The notes under the pieces: model-generated
Databases searched by the model: none
What the model was told of the DNA's origin: nothing
The model's input: only the letters and a program-made list of their open reading frames with translations
Made by a program: the position numbers and the translations under genes
Shown here: piece by piece, positions 20,073 through 29,130 of the stretch
Numbering within the stretch: the stretch's first letter is position 1
Layout of the letters: each line of letters begins with the position of its first letter
Source: Bacteroidetes bacterium UBA3022
GTDB lineage: Bacteria > Bacteroidota > Bacteroidia > Chitinophagales > BACL12
Assembly: GCA_002346225.1 (NCBI GenBank)
Contig: DDYY01000056.1
Coordinates: 11,132-75,131, forward strand
DNA length: 64,000 bases
Direction of reading: 5' to 3'

Positions 20073-21298
20073 GTGGCAATTCATCCAAGTCGGTAACCTC
20101 AGAACTGGCCTCCAAAGCCGGATTGATGGTGATGGAAAAAATGCTGGAGAGCGACAAGAAACAGGGGCGACTTTTCATCGGTATTCCTAAAGAAAACAGC
20201 TTCTATGAGAACAGGGTGCCACTTACACCAGAATCTGTCGAAACCCTAACCAACAATGGCCATCGTCTGGTTATAGAAAGCAAGGCAGGAGAAGCATCCC
20301 GTTTCAGCGACAAGGATTACTCCGAAGCAGGAGCGCGCATCGTATACGATAAGAAAGAGGTCTATGAAGCTGATATACTAATCAAAGTGGCTCCCCCTTC
20401 GGCACAGGATATGGAGTTAATGCATACCAATCAGACCATTATCTCGCCATTGCACCTTCCGACTTTAAAGAAAGAGATCATCACTCAGCTGATTAGCAAA
20501 CAGGTTACCGCACTGGCTTTTGAATACATACAGGATGAGTCAAACACTTATTCTTTTGTGCGGTGTATGAGTGAAATTGCCGGTAGCTCCTCTATACTGA
20601 TTGCCTCTGAATTGCTGGCTACTTACAAACCCGGAAGAGGCATCTTACTGGGTGGGTTGTCAGGGATACCACCTACTCAGATTCTCATTCTGGGAGCCGG
20701 TGTGGTGGGTGAATTCGCGGCAAGAGCTGCCATCGGATTAGGTGCCACGGTAAAAATATACGATAATAATGTATATAAATTATCTCGGCTTCAAAACAAT
20801 ATCGGTGCAAGGGTATATACTTCGGTAATCAATCCTAAAACCCTCTTAAAAGATATTCGGACAGCTGATGTATTGGTAGGTGCTATTCACAGCGAACTGG
20901 GAAGAACGCCAATCATTGTTTCAGAAGCTATGGTAATGGAAATGAAGTCGGGCTCTGTAATCATTGATGTGAGTATAGATCAGGGGGGCTGTATTGAAAC
21001 CAGCGAAGTCACCACGCATGCGCAACCCACTTATATTAAACACGATGTCATTCATTACTGTGTTCCTAATATTCCCTCCCGAGTGCCGCGAACAGCCTCC
21101 TATTCCATCAGCAATATCGTTACCAATACCTTGCTGAAGTTCTCAGATTATGGCGGGCTGGAACATCTGGTCCGGTACAATGAAGGCATTCGCCATGGTG
21201 TGTATATTTACAAAGGGCATCTTACCAATGAATACTTAGGTCAAAAATTCGACCTCAAGTACAACAACATCAACTTGCTGGTAACCAGCGAAATGTAA
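20069..21298 (+). CDS. Alanine dehydrogenase / PNT-family NAD-dependent dehydrogenase
   Basis: AlaDh_PNT N-domain IGIPKE..ENRVPLTPESV. Rossmann motif ILILGAGVVGEFAARAAIGLGATVKIYD. ATGA overlap with tsaE. Confidence 0.8.
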   Translation: MSGNSSKSVTSELASKAGLMVMEKMLESDKKQGRLFIGIPKENSFYENRVPLTPESVETLTNNGHRLVIESKAGEASRFSDKDYSEAGARIVYDKKEVYEADILIKVAPPSAQDMELMHTNQTIISPLHLPTLKKEIITQLISKQVTALAFEYIQDESNTYSFVRCMSEIAGSSSILIASELLATYKPGRGILLGGLSGIPPTQILILGAGVVGEFAARAAIGLGATVKIYDNNVYKLSRLQNNIGARVYTSVINPKTLLKDIRTADVLVGAIHSELGRTPIIVSEAMVMEMKSGSVIIDVSIDQGGCIETSEVTTHAQPTYIKHDVIHYCVPNIPSRVPRTASYSISNIVTNTLLKFSDYGGLEHLVRYNEGIRHGVYIYKGHLTNEYLGQKFDLKYNNINLLVTSEM

Positions 21299-21305
21299 TC
21301 CTTTT

Positions 21306-22457
21306 ATGAAACTGATTTCGCTTTCACTGGTGCTTTCACTTGTCCTGCAATCTTATATCAGCAGTCATACCCCCGAACAGGTAACCGTCTTGGTTCAGGC
21401 GGAGGACAGCACCCGGGAGCAAACAGACAGTGTTGTTGTCGTTACCATCGGCGCCACCGGCGACCTCATGTGTCATAGCACACAATTCAAATATGCTTCA
21501 ACGGGTAACGGACGGTATGATTTTTCAGGCTGCTTTGCCTATGTCGAGCCCTATATTGCAGGTATAGATTACATGATTGGAAACCTTGAAACAACATTAG
21601 CTGGAACAAGGCTACCTTACAGTGGTTATCCCGACTTCAATACTCCTGACGACTACGTAGCAGGTGTGAAGGCTGCCGGGTTCGATATGCTGGTAACAGC
21701 TAATAACCATTCCAACGATACCGGAGAAAGAGGTATCATCCGAACATTGGCAGTGCTGGATAGTCTGGGCATGGACCATACCGGCACCTACGCCAGGGAG
21801 GAGGACAGGTCACCGTTTATCAAAGAGATGGACGGTATCCGCATAGCTTTCCTTGCATACACCTATTCCACTAATGGGAAAATGCTGCCTGCGGGAAAGG
21901 AATGGATGGTCAACCCTATTGATGGCGAACTCATTAGTCGGGATATAGCTGCCGCAAAGTCATCTAATGCTGATATCGTAGTAGTAGTTTACCACTTCGG
22001 GCAGGAGTACAAACGGGCACCCGACGACTATCAGCAACACTATGCCCGAGTTGCGATGGAAAATGGTGCAGATATCATCCTGGGTAGCCACCCGCATGTA
22101 TTGCAACCTGCCGGAAGGTTCGTATCCGGAAAGTCAAATGTTGACACAGGCTTCATCGCATGGTCAATGGGAAATTTCATTTCCAACCAGCAGGATGAAT
22201 ACACCGATGAAGGCATTATCTACCGCTTAAGCATAGAAAAAAACCTGCAATCCGGTAGCGTACGAATCAGTGATGTCGGCTACCTCCCTACCTGGGTATA
22301 CAAGGGAAAATCAGAGGCATTAAGGCTGCATGCAGTTTTTCCTGCTGCTGACACCTTGCACTACTTTCTGGGTCAGGCGGCAATAACAGATGGAGAGAAA
22401 GCATTGCAACATACCACCAGCCTTTTATCCGGAATAAACGGTACAATTCTTGAATGA
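21306..22457 (+). CDS. CapA-family (PGA_cap) metallophosphatase-like protein, secreted
   Basis: Signal peptide. GDLMCH, GNLETTLAG, ANNHSNDTGERG and LGSHPHVLQP motifs. Confidence 0.8.
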   Translation: MKLISLSLVLSLVLQSYISSHTPEQVTVLVQAEDSTREQTDSVVVVTIGATGDLMCHSTQFKYASTGNGRYDFSGCFAYVEPYIAGIDYMIGNLETTLAGTRLPYSGYPDFNTPDDYVAGVKAAGFDMLVTANNHSNDTGERGIIRTLAVLDSLGMDHTGTYAREEDRSPFIKEMDGIRIAFLAYTYSTNGKMLPAGKEWMVNPIDGELISRDIAAAKSSNADIVVVVYHFGQEYKRAPDDYQQHYARVAMENGADIILGSHPHVLQPAGRFVSGKSNVDTGFIAWSMGNFISNQQDEYTDEGIIYRLSIEKNLQSGSVRISDVGYLPTWVYKGKSEALRLHAVFPAADTLHYFLGQAAITDGEKALQHTTSLLSGINGTILE

Positions 22458-23056
22458 TTTATAAGCACATGCGAAGCAACACAATAATGGTTATTGCCCT
22501 TACTCTGGGTATAGCCGCCGGCAGTCCGGCGCAGGCACAGATTGGCATCTTTAAGAAGGAAAAGTCTGCCGAAGACACCATTTATCACCTCTTTCTGGAT
22601 ACTGTTACGATTGAAGCACGCAACCTGAAGAATTACAACTTCAACAGGTATGAGTATGTGGTTAGGAAAGTTTACCCTCTGGCAGATACCGCGACAGCGC
22701 TTTTTTACGAAGTAAACAGCGAAACGGCCACCATGAAACGGCGGGAAAGCAAAAAGTACCGAAAAAAGATGGAGAAGGAGTTGAAAGAGAACTTTGAGGA
22801 CCGCCTGAAAAACATGTCTCGAACCGAGGGACTTGTGCTTATTAAGATCATAGAGCGGAACACCGGCATGTCTTTGTACGACCTATTGAAAGATGTAAAA
22901 AGCGGGAGTACAGCATGGTGGTGGAACAATCTGGGGAAAATGTACGGTTATGATTTGAAGCGTGGCTATTCGCCCAGCGATAATCCCATGCTGGAAATCA
23001 TCATTCAAGAGTACGAGACAAAGAAAGGCATCCAACCGCGCAAGCCATTACAATAA
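22454..23056 (+). CDS. DUF4294-like secreted protein
   Basis: Signal peptide. LDTVTIEAR...YEYVVRKVYPLADTA...EGLVLIKIIERNTGMSLYDLLK...AWWWN pattern recalled from the DUF4294 family. ATGA overlap with capA. Confidence 0.55.
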   Translation: MIYKHMRSNTIMVIALTLGIAAGSPAQAQIGIFKKEKSAEDTIYHLFLDTVTIEARNLKNYNFNRYEYVVRKVYPLADTATALFYEVNSETATMKRRESKKYRKKMEKELKENFEDRLKNMSRTEGLVLIKIIERNTGMSLYDLLKDVKSGSTAWWWNNLGKMYGYDLKRGYSPSDNPMLEIIIQEYETKKGIQPRKPLQ

Positions 23057-23085
23057 AAAAGCCGGATACAATACCCGGCTTTCTC
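23055..23085. terminator. Bidirectional terminator between convergent genes
   Basis: Stem aaagccgg (23058-23065) / ccggcttt (23075-23082), 9-nt loop, with an A-tract on one side and a T-tract on the other. Confidence 0.6.
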
Positions 23086-23102
23086 TATATTCAGTTCAAA
23101 TA

Positions 23103-23486
23103 TTAGTTAGGCAATTCCTCATTGCCATCACTTTCTGCACTACCTTCTTCATTTCCGGTAGCAGCAGGCAGATCTTCCGTATTGGAAGGCAATGTCTGGA
23201 AGTCAGATGCAGGCTGTGGTGCCTGATCGGAGAAAGGCGTGTTGGCCTGGTTAATAGTTGCAGTTGGTTTGAATGCCACTGAAGCGAGACACAATACCAT
23301 CAGACCGATACCCAGTCCCCAGGTAATTTTCTCAATATCATCGCTGGTGCGCTTGTAACCAAACAATTGGTTGGCAGTTCCGCCGAAAGTGCCGCTCAGG
23401 CCTCCTCCCTTGGGATTTTGAATTAAAACGGCAAAAGCCAGTACCACGCAAACAACCAAAGCTAATATGACGATAACGGTAAACAT
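23103..23486 (-). CDS. secG: Preprotein translocase subunit SecG
   Basis: MFTVIVILALVVCVVLAFAVLIQNPKGGGLSGTFGG is the canonical SecG N-terminus. A second TM helix follows, then a low-complexity tail. Confidence 0.85.
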   Translation of the reverse strand: MFTVIVILALVVCVVLAFAVLIQNPKGGGLSGTFGGTANQLFGYKRTSDDIEKITWGLGIGLMVLCLASVAFKPTATINQANTPFSDQAPQPASDFQTLPSNTEDLPAATGNEEGSAESDGNEELPN

Positions 23487-23487
23487 G

Positions 23488-24375
23488 TTACTTCTTGTTT
23501 ATATCCAGAATAAGGCCTGCAAAGTAACTTATTTTTTCCGGGTATTTCAAACCCAGCTGCTTATAAATCTCAATCGCTTTTTCGGGCTTTCCCTGCTGTA
23601 CGAAGATACTTGCCAGCGTTTCTGAGATAACACCTTCACCCAGTTGCGAGCTCTTTCGCGCAAGTTCTTTCGCCTCCCATTCTGTAAAATCCTCTGCAGC
23701 ATCCTCTGCATCCGCCCCATCCTGATGAACAAGCATGCCTTTGCTCGATACTTTCAATGGGCGACGGGCCGAAGAATACGGAACCAGCTGTACCATGGAA
23801 TCACCCGTTAACAGGTGCAGCCACTCGCTGAAGCTGTGCATCCCGTCTGTATGCATAGAAAGCTGCATATCGGCACCGGCTGTCGTTTCCTCTGCCGGTT
23901 CTACAGGGAAATTGGGCAACGCTGCTCCCTTTCCCGATTTCTCGAGGTCCAGAATGGCCTTCTGGAGCTCCATTTCATATGGGGCGTATTCGAAAACCGG
24001 ATCTTCTTGTTCAGCTTCCTGTTGGTGGTTGTGCTGCTCTTCTTCTCTCAATGGTTCCTCCATTTCCGCTAAATTAATTTCTGCCGATTCCTGTACTGCC
24101 TCAGGTGCCTGGACTTCCGATCCCTCCGCTTCTGCCGCTTTGTTGTCGCCCTGCATGATTTGCATCAGCACATTCCTGTCCGGCACTCTCGCTGCTGCGG
24201 CTGCCAGCCAATATTCGTATTGGGGGTCCTGCTCCAAAAATGCCTTTTTAGCCAGCAGTACATAGGGCAAAGCATACCACGGGTGTTGCTCCATAACAGA
24301 CTTCAATGCATCATTGGACGCCTGTTGCAATAGGGCATTATCGTGAATAAGACTATGTAGTTCTAAAGTTTCCAT
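23488..24375 (-). CDS. Hypothetical acidic protein with a C-terminal TPR-like helix pair
   Basis: The central region is rich in E/Q/A. The C-terminus reads ETLASIFVQQGKPEKAIEIYKQLGLKYPEKISYFAGLI. It is packed between the lptE-like gene and secG with 1-2 nt gaps. Confidence 0.5.
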   Translation of the reverse strand: METLELHSLIHDNALLQQASNDALKSVMEQHPWYALPYVLLAKKAFLEQDPQYEYWLAAAAARVPDRNVLMQIMQGDNKAAEAEGSEVQAPEAVQESAEINLAEMEEPLREEEQHNHQQEAEQEDPVFEYAPYEMELQKAILDLEKSGKGAALPNFPVEPAEETTAGADMQLSMHTDGMHSFSEWLHLLTGDSMVQLVPYSSARRPLKVSSKGMLVHQDGADAEDAAEDFTEWEAKELARKSSQLGEGVISETLASIFVQQGKPEKAIEIYKQLGLKYPEKISYFAGLILDINKK

Positions 24376-24377
24376 GC

Positions 24378-24902
24378 TTACCAGTCGGAAGCTGCCTTCA
24401 AATATATATCATCTACTAATTGAATAGTAATAAGACGGATCAATTCCTGCTCCACCTCTGCCAGCGATTGCGTAGCTTCAAAATCTTCAAATCGGGTAAA
24501 TGTCTGACTCCAGTTTTCCTTTTCGTTCTTATGGTTTACAAAATCTACCTTAACGCCAATGGTAAGTCGGTTGAGGGCTGTAGTTTCATTTCCGGTAGGC
24601 GCCATAGGCGTATTGCGGTATTGCACAATTGCACCACTGAATTCCCAGTCTCCGCCTCTGTCCTTCAGATACAACCGTGTCTCTGCTGCCATTTTATCTT
24701 TTAGCGCTTCAGTGAAAGTCTGACTCAAAGACGGAACGACAAAGTTGGTCTGATTCGTAAAAAAATTAATCGTGAAGCTTTCAATTTCTTCGGGAATCCG
24801 GTTACCATTAAACGTATAGCACCCTTGCCAAAGAAAGGCCGTGACCAATAAAAAGCCCAGGGAAACCGGAGCGCTCCATCGCCTTCTATTAATCCAGTTC
24901 AT
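24378..24902 (-). CDS. LptE-like LPS-assembly lipoprotein
   Basis: Signal peptide with lipobox (LWQGC). Size and position between the sigma-54 activator and secG match what I recall of Bacteroidota LptE-family genes. No strong motif. Confidence 0.45.
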   Translation of the reverse strand: MNWINRRRWSAPVSLGFLLVTAFLWQGCYTFNGNRIPEEIESFTINFFTNQTNFVVPSLSQTFTEALKDKMAAETRLYLKDRGGDWEFSGAIVQYRNTPMAPTGNETTALNRLTIGVKVDFVNHKNEKENWSQTFTRFEDFEATQSLAEVEQELIRLITIQLVDDIYLKAASDW

Positions 24903-26109
24903 ATTCTTTTATTTTTCGGTAGAGGGTGCGCTCGGAAATACCTAAATCCAGTGCGGCGTCTTTTCTTTTACCCCTGTGCTTCTTCAGCGCTTTTACTATC
25001 AGCTCCTTTTCCTTGTCAGCCAAGGAAAGATTTTCTTCCACCAGATCAACCGGATAGGCTTTTGGCTGATCAATTACGATTGGCCTTCTTTCATGCATAG
25101 GATCGGTAACCGCAGGCAAACGCTGTTCCTGTTCATCGAATAATTGTTGCACCGAGTGTAAGTCTGTTTTCAATTCATTCGCCTCTGCCATAGATAGCAC
25201 AAACTGCTTCAAATCATTGAGATCATTCTTCATATCATAAAGAATCTTATACATGATCTCCCGTTCTGAAAAAGATGTAGACTCGCTGTCGGATTTGGGC
25301 TGGACCATCGGTAAGTTGGAAGGAACAGCAGGAAGAAACTGAAGCATGTCTGCCGCCGAAATAATCTTATCGGTAGCAAGAACAGAAATTTGCTCTGCTA
25401 CATTTTTCAACTCACGAATATTACCCGGCCATGAAAAATTGGTGAGGATATCGATGGCGCCCTGATCCAGCTGCACAGCCGGCATCCTGTATTTCTCGGC
25501 GAAGTCCGTTGCAAACTTTCTGAACAGCAGGTAAATATCCTCTTTGCGTTCCCTGAGTGCAGGCACCTTGATGGGTACTGTATTAAGCCTATAATAGAGA
25601 TCTTCCCGGAACTTGCCGTTTTTAATGAAGCGGTGCAGGTCCACATTAGTTGCTGCGACGACCCTCACTTCTGTTTTTTGAACTTTCGAAGACCCCACCC
25701 GAATAAACTCACCGGATTCCAGCACACGCAATAGCCTGGCCTGCGTACCCAATGGCATCTCCCCTATCTCATCTAAAAAAATGGTGCCTCCATTGACAGT
25801 TTCGAAGTAACCTTTTCTGTCATCTACTGCGTTGGTAAAAGATCCTTTTACATGTCCGAATAATTCAGAATCTATGGTTCCTTCGGGAATAGCCCCGCAG
25901 TTCACAGCGATGAAGGGGCCGTGCTTGCGCACACTGTACTGGTGAATGATCTGGCTAAATATCTCCTTACCTACACCGCTTTCTCCTGTAATTAGAACGG
26001 TGAGGTTGGTAGGTGCTACCCGGGCAGCAATGCTGAGTGCATAATTGAGTTCAGGCGAATTGCCTATGATGCCAAACCGTTGTTTTATACTTCTTATATC
26101 GTCACTCAT
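24889..26109 (-). CDS. Sigma-54-dependent transcriptional activator (AAA+ domain and Fis-type HTH, no N-terminal sensor domain)
   Basis: Walker A GESGVGKE, ELFGHVKGSFTNA, GTIFLDEIGEM, RVVAATN, WPGNIRELKN. C-terminal HTH AALDLGISERTLYRKIKEY. The AAA+ domain begins within about 15 residues of the start. Confidence 0.9.
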   Translation of the reverse strand: MSDDIRSIKQRFGIIGNSPELNYALSIAARVAPTNLTVLITGESGVGKEIFSQIIHQYSVRKHGPFIAVNCGAIPEGTIDSELFGHVKGSFTNAVDDRKGYFETVNGGTIFLDEIGEMPLGTQARLLRVLESGEFIRVGSSKVQKTEVRVVAATNVDLHRFIKNGKFREDLYYRLNTVPIKVPALRERKEDIYLLFRKFATDFAEKYRMPAVQLDQGAIDILTNFSWPGNIRELKNVAEQISVLATDKIISAADMLQFLPAVPSNLPMVQPKSDSESTSFSEREIMYKILYDMKNDLNDLKQFVLSMAEANELKTDLHSVQQLFDEQEQRLPAVTDPMHERRPIVIDQPKAYPVDLVEENLSLADKEKELIVKALKKHRGKRKDAALDLGISERTLYRKIKEYELD

Positions 26110-26132
26110 GAAGATTTCTTTAAACCATTACT

Positions 26133-27572
26133 TCAGCCTTGTGGCGCCAGCTCTCCAATCAGCGTTGCAGATGTGGCAGACTTAATAGTAACGTAGACGT
26201 AATCGCCGGGTTGTGTATTGCCTTTAGGAAAAACAACCATTTTATTCTGATCGGTGCGGCCGCACATGTCTTTTTCTGACCGTTTGGACCTTTTCTCCAC
26301 CAGCACTTTGAAGGTTTTTCCGATATCCCTGCTGTATTGCAAAGCAGAATATTTGTTTTGCAGCGCAATCACTTCATTCAACCTTCTTTTCTTAACCTCC
26401 TCAGGTACATCATCCGCGTATTTTCTGGCTGCCAGTGTACCGGGTCGTTCACTGTAGAAAAACATGTAGGCCATATCAAACTGCACCAATTCCATGATGC
26501 TGAGTGTTTCCTGATGATCAGCCTCTGTTTCACCGCAGAAACCTGTGATGATATCGGTAGACAAGCCGCAATCGGGAACAATCCGGCGAATAGCATCAAT
26601 GCGCTCGAGGTACCATTCGCGGGTATAGGTGCGGTTCATTCTTTCCAGCACTGTTGTACTGCCCGACTGCACCGGAAGATGGATATAATTGCAGATGTTT
26701 TCATGCGCAGCCATAGCATGCAGTACTTCATCTGTGATATCTTTTGGATGGGAAGTAGAAAAGCGAACACGAAGGTCGGGATGCACCTGTGCCACCATTA
26801 CCAGCAGTTCAGCGAAACTGACCGTTGCTTCGGTGGAGGGGTTTACCCATTTGTAAGAGTCCACATTCTGTCCCAGCAGGGTCACTTCCCTGTATCCTCT
26901 ATCGAATAGCTCCTGCGCTTCTGCCACAATAGTGAAAGCATTTCTGCTGCGTTCCCTGCCTCTGGTAAAAGGAACCACACAGAAAGAGCACATATTATCG
27001 CAGCCCCGCATAATCGAAATAAAAGCGGTGATTCCGCTGGCATCGAGCCGCAAAGGGGCGATGTCAGAATAAGTTTCCTCCCGCGAAAGCAGCACATTCA
27101 CGGCCTTTTGACCTTCGTCAGCTTTCTCCACCAATAATGGCAGATCGCGATAGGCGTCGGGACCACATACAATATCTACCAGTTGCTCTTCTTCCACCAG
27201 CTTGGATTTGAGGCGCTCCGCCATACAGCCCAGCATACCAATCATAGCATCCGGTTTGCGCTGCTTCACCACACGCAACTCCTGCAACCTGTTGCGCACC
27301 CTTTGCTCTGCATTATCGCGAATAGCGCAGGTATTCAACAGAATGAGGTCGGCATCCAGATAGTTATTGGTCAGTCCAAAACCATGTTCATGCAGAATAG
27401 AAGCGACAATTTCACTGTCGCTGAAATTCATCTGACAACCATAGCTTTCAATATAGAACTTGCGTCCTGTAGCTGCAGTCTCCAAATGAGGACTTTGAAG
27501 CGCCTCTCCTTGTTTATCTTCCGGCAAGGGCTCCTGCCTCAGGGCATCCAGTGTAGGATTATTATCGTACAT
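26133..27572 (-). CDS. miaB: tRNA-2-methylthio-N6-dimethylallyladenosine synthase
   Basis: UPF0004 domain [11 protein letters not shown]. Radical-SAM motif [13 protein letters not shown]-terminal TRAM domain. The ATG at 27572 is preferred over the upstream alternative start. Confidence 0.95.
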   Translation of the reverse strand: MYDNNPTLDALRQEPLPEDKQGEALQSPHLETAATGRKFYIESYGCQMNFSDSEIVASILHEHGFGLTNNYLDADLILLNTCAIRDNAEQRVRNRLQELRVVKQRKPDAMIGMLGCMAERLKSKLVEEEQLVDIVCGPDAYRDLPLLVEKADEGQKAVNVLLSREETYSDIAPLRLDASGITAFISIMRGCDNMCSFCVVPFTRGRERSRNAFTIVAEAQELFDRGYREVTLLGQNVDSYKWVNPSTEATVSFAELLVMVAQVHPDLRVRFSTSHPKDITDEVLHAMAAHENICNYIHLPVQSGSTTVLERMNRTYTREWYLERIDAIRRIVPDCGLSTDIITGFCGETEADHQETLSIMELVQFDMAYMFFYSERPGTLAARKYADDVPEEVKKRRLNEVIALQNKYSALQYSRDIGKTFKVLVEKRSKRSEKDMCGRTDQNKMVVFPKGNTQPGDYVYVTIKSATSATLIGELAPQG

Positions 27573-27576
27573 ACTG

Positions 27577-27584
27577 CAAAAATA
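27577..27584 (-). promoter_or_regulatory. Bacteroidota -7 box (TAnnTTTG, minus strand)
   Basis: Plus-strand caaaaata is tatttttg on the minus strand, 4 nt upstream of the miaB ATG at 27572. Confidence 0.4.
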
Positions 27585-27620
27585 CGAAGAATGACTGTCA
27601 AATTGACAGCACAAGGATAG

Positions 27621-27628
27621 TATCTTTG
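27621..27628 (+). promoter_or_regulatory. Bacteroidota -7 box (TAnnTTTG)
   Basis: tatctttg lies 10 nt upstream of the ATG at 27639. Confidence 0.4.
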
Positions 27629-27638
27629 GACTTTCGAT

Positions 27639-29066
27639 ATGAGCAGATTTTTCAAAGTAAATCCAGCATTTCTGTTTGCCTTCCTTGCAGGGGCAACTAC
27701 GCTAGCCGGCAGTCAGGTCCCTTTTTTTAGCGACCAAAGTACATTGCTGAGCTTTCCGGCACTGCATCTGCTGGAGAGCAACTTCCGCTCTTTCCTGCTT
27801 CCGGAAGCCCTCGATACCGGGCACCCGCCCCTGTCAGCCCTTTACCTTGCGGTATGGTGGAAATTATGGGGTGTTTCTTTAACAGTTACGCACCTGGCGC
27901 TATTTCCGGTTGTTGCCGGCGCCGCCTATTATTTTTTCCGCATCTGCAGGGAGTTTCTCGACGACAAAGGCCTGCTGATAGCACTGAGCTTATATTTATT
28001 ACAACCAACGATACTTGCGCACTCCGTAAGTCCCGGCACAGAACCTTTTTTATGGTTGTTTGCTCTTGGGAGTTGGTGGTACATGTACCGACAGCAATGG
28101 ACCGGCATGACCATCATGAGTGCCCTACTTTTACTGACCAATCTGCGGGGGCTGGTATTGTTGGGCGCAATCGGATTATGTGAATTGGCCATTTACCGTC
28201 CGATCTCATTGGCAAATCTGCTTCGCATGTCTTTTCGCTACATGCTGGTACTCCTCCCTTTCCTGCTATGGAATGTATATCATTGGCGTGCAACCGGCTG
28301 GGCGCTATCGCATGATGCATCACCGTGGGTGGAACACCGGGCACTGGTTGGCCCGGATAAGCTACTGTTAGGTGGCGCCGTCTTTGGTTTACGCTTGTTG
28401 GAATTTGGTATGCTACCCGTATGGTTGATGGCTATCTGGAATGCAGCGAAAGCGGTTAAGGCAAGGCAATTAACACCCCTTCACTGGTGGTGGATCCTGC
28501 TGCTGGGTCTACTGCTCCTGGCACTGCTGCCCTTCGCCAATCCAATTACCAACCGCTACCTGCTCTTGTTACAGATGGTAACCCTGGTCTTGGCTGCGAG
28601 AGAATTGGTTGCGGTGCGCTTCAGAAATGTCATTTGGGCGATAACCCTTACCTGGATGACGGCTTCTCACTTCTTTGTGTACAGCGATATATGGAGCAAA
28701 AGAATTGGCTATGCCCACGATGCCACGCTGGTGCATTTATTTTACAGCACGCAATTGCGTCCTGACATTCACCATCAGTTGAACCTGGGAGAAACGGATG
28801 CATCCAGACCCGTTATCTGGTCGGGTTTTCCGGAATACCACAGCTTCTTCTGGACCAACCTCGAAACAGACCAGTTGCAAAGCACCCAAATCGATACGCA
28901 GCACATTGAGCGGGCAGATTACATCCTCTTATCCAATATCATGAATGAAATCCCTTACGGCACCTCAGAGCGCATAAAGAACAACTGGACGCCTGTTTAT
29001 ACATCCAGCTCCGGTCCGCTATGGCTCCATATGTACAGGAATCCCGCTATGGTTAATAATCGTTAA
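27639..29066 (+). CDS. Polytopic membrane protein, GT-C fold (PMT_2/ArnT-like) glycosyltransferase candidate
   Basis: More than 10 hydrophobic segments. An early loop motif [17 protein letters not shown] resembles the D/E...HPPL motif of GT39/GT83-type enzymes. Confidence 0.5.
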   Translation: MSRFFKVNPAFLFAFLAGATTLAGSQVPFFSDQSTLLSFPALHLLESNFRSFLLPEALDTGHPPLSALYLAVWWKLWGVSLTVTHLALFPVVAGAAYYFFRICREFLDDKGLLIALSLYLLQPTILAHSVSPGTEPFLWLFALGSWWYMYRQQWTGMTIMSALLLLTNLRGLVLLGAIGLCELAIYRPISLANLLRMSFRYMLVLLPFLLWNVYHWRATGWALSHDASPWVEHRALVGPDKLLLGGAVFGLRLLEFGMLPVWLMAIWNAAKAVKARQLTPLHWWWILLLGLLLLALLPFANPITNRYLLLLQMVTLVLAARELVAVRFRNVIWAITLTWMTASHFFVYSDIWSKRIGYAHDATLVHLFYSTQLRPDIHHQLNLGETDASRPVIWSGFPEYHSFFWTNLETDQLQSTQIDTQHIERADYILLSNIMNEIPYGTSERIKNNWTPVYTSSSGPLWLHMYRNPAMVNNR

Positions 29067-29118
29067 TCATAGTAAATGATATACTTTTGACACGCGTTAA
29101 TCAGTTGATAGATAAACC

Positions 29119-29126
29119 TAATTTTG
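29119..29126 (+). promoter_or_regulatory. Bacteroidota -7 box (TAnnTTTG)
   Basis: taattttg lies 4 nt upstream of the lepB ATG at 29131. Confidence 0.4.
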
Positions 29127-29130
29127 CAGC

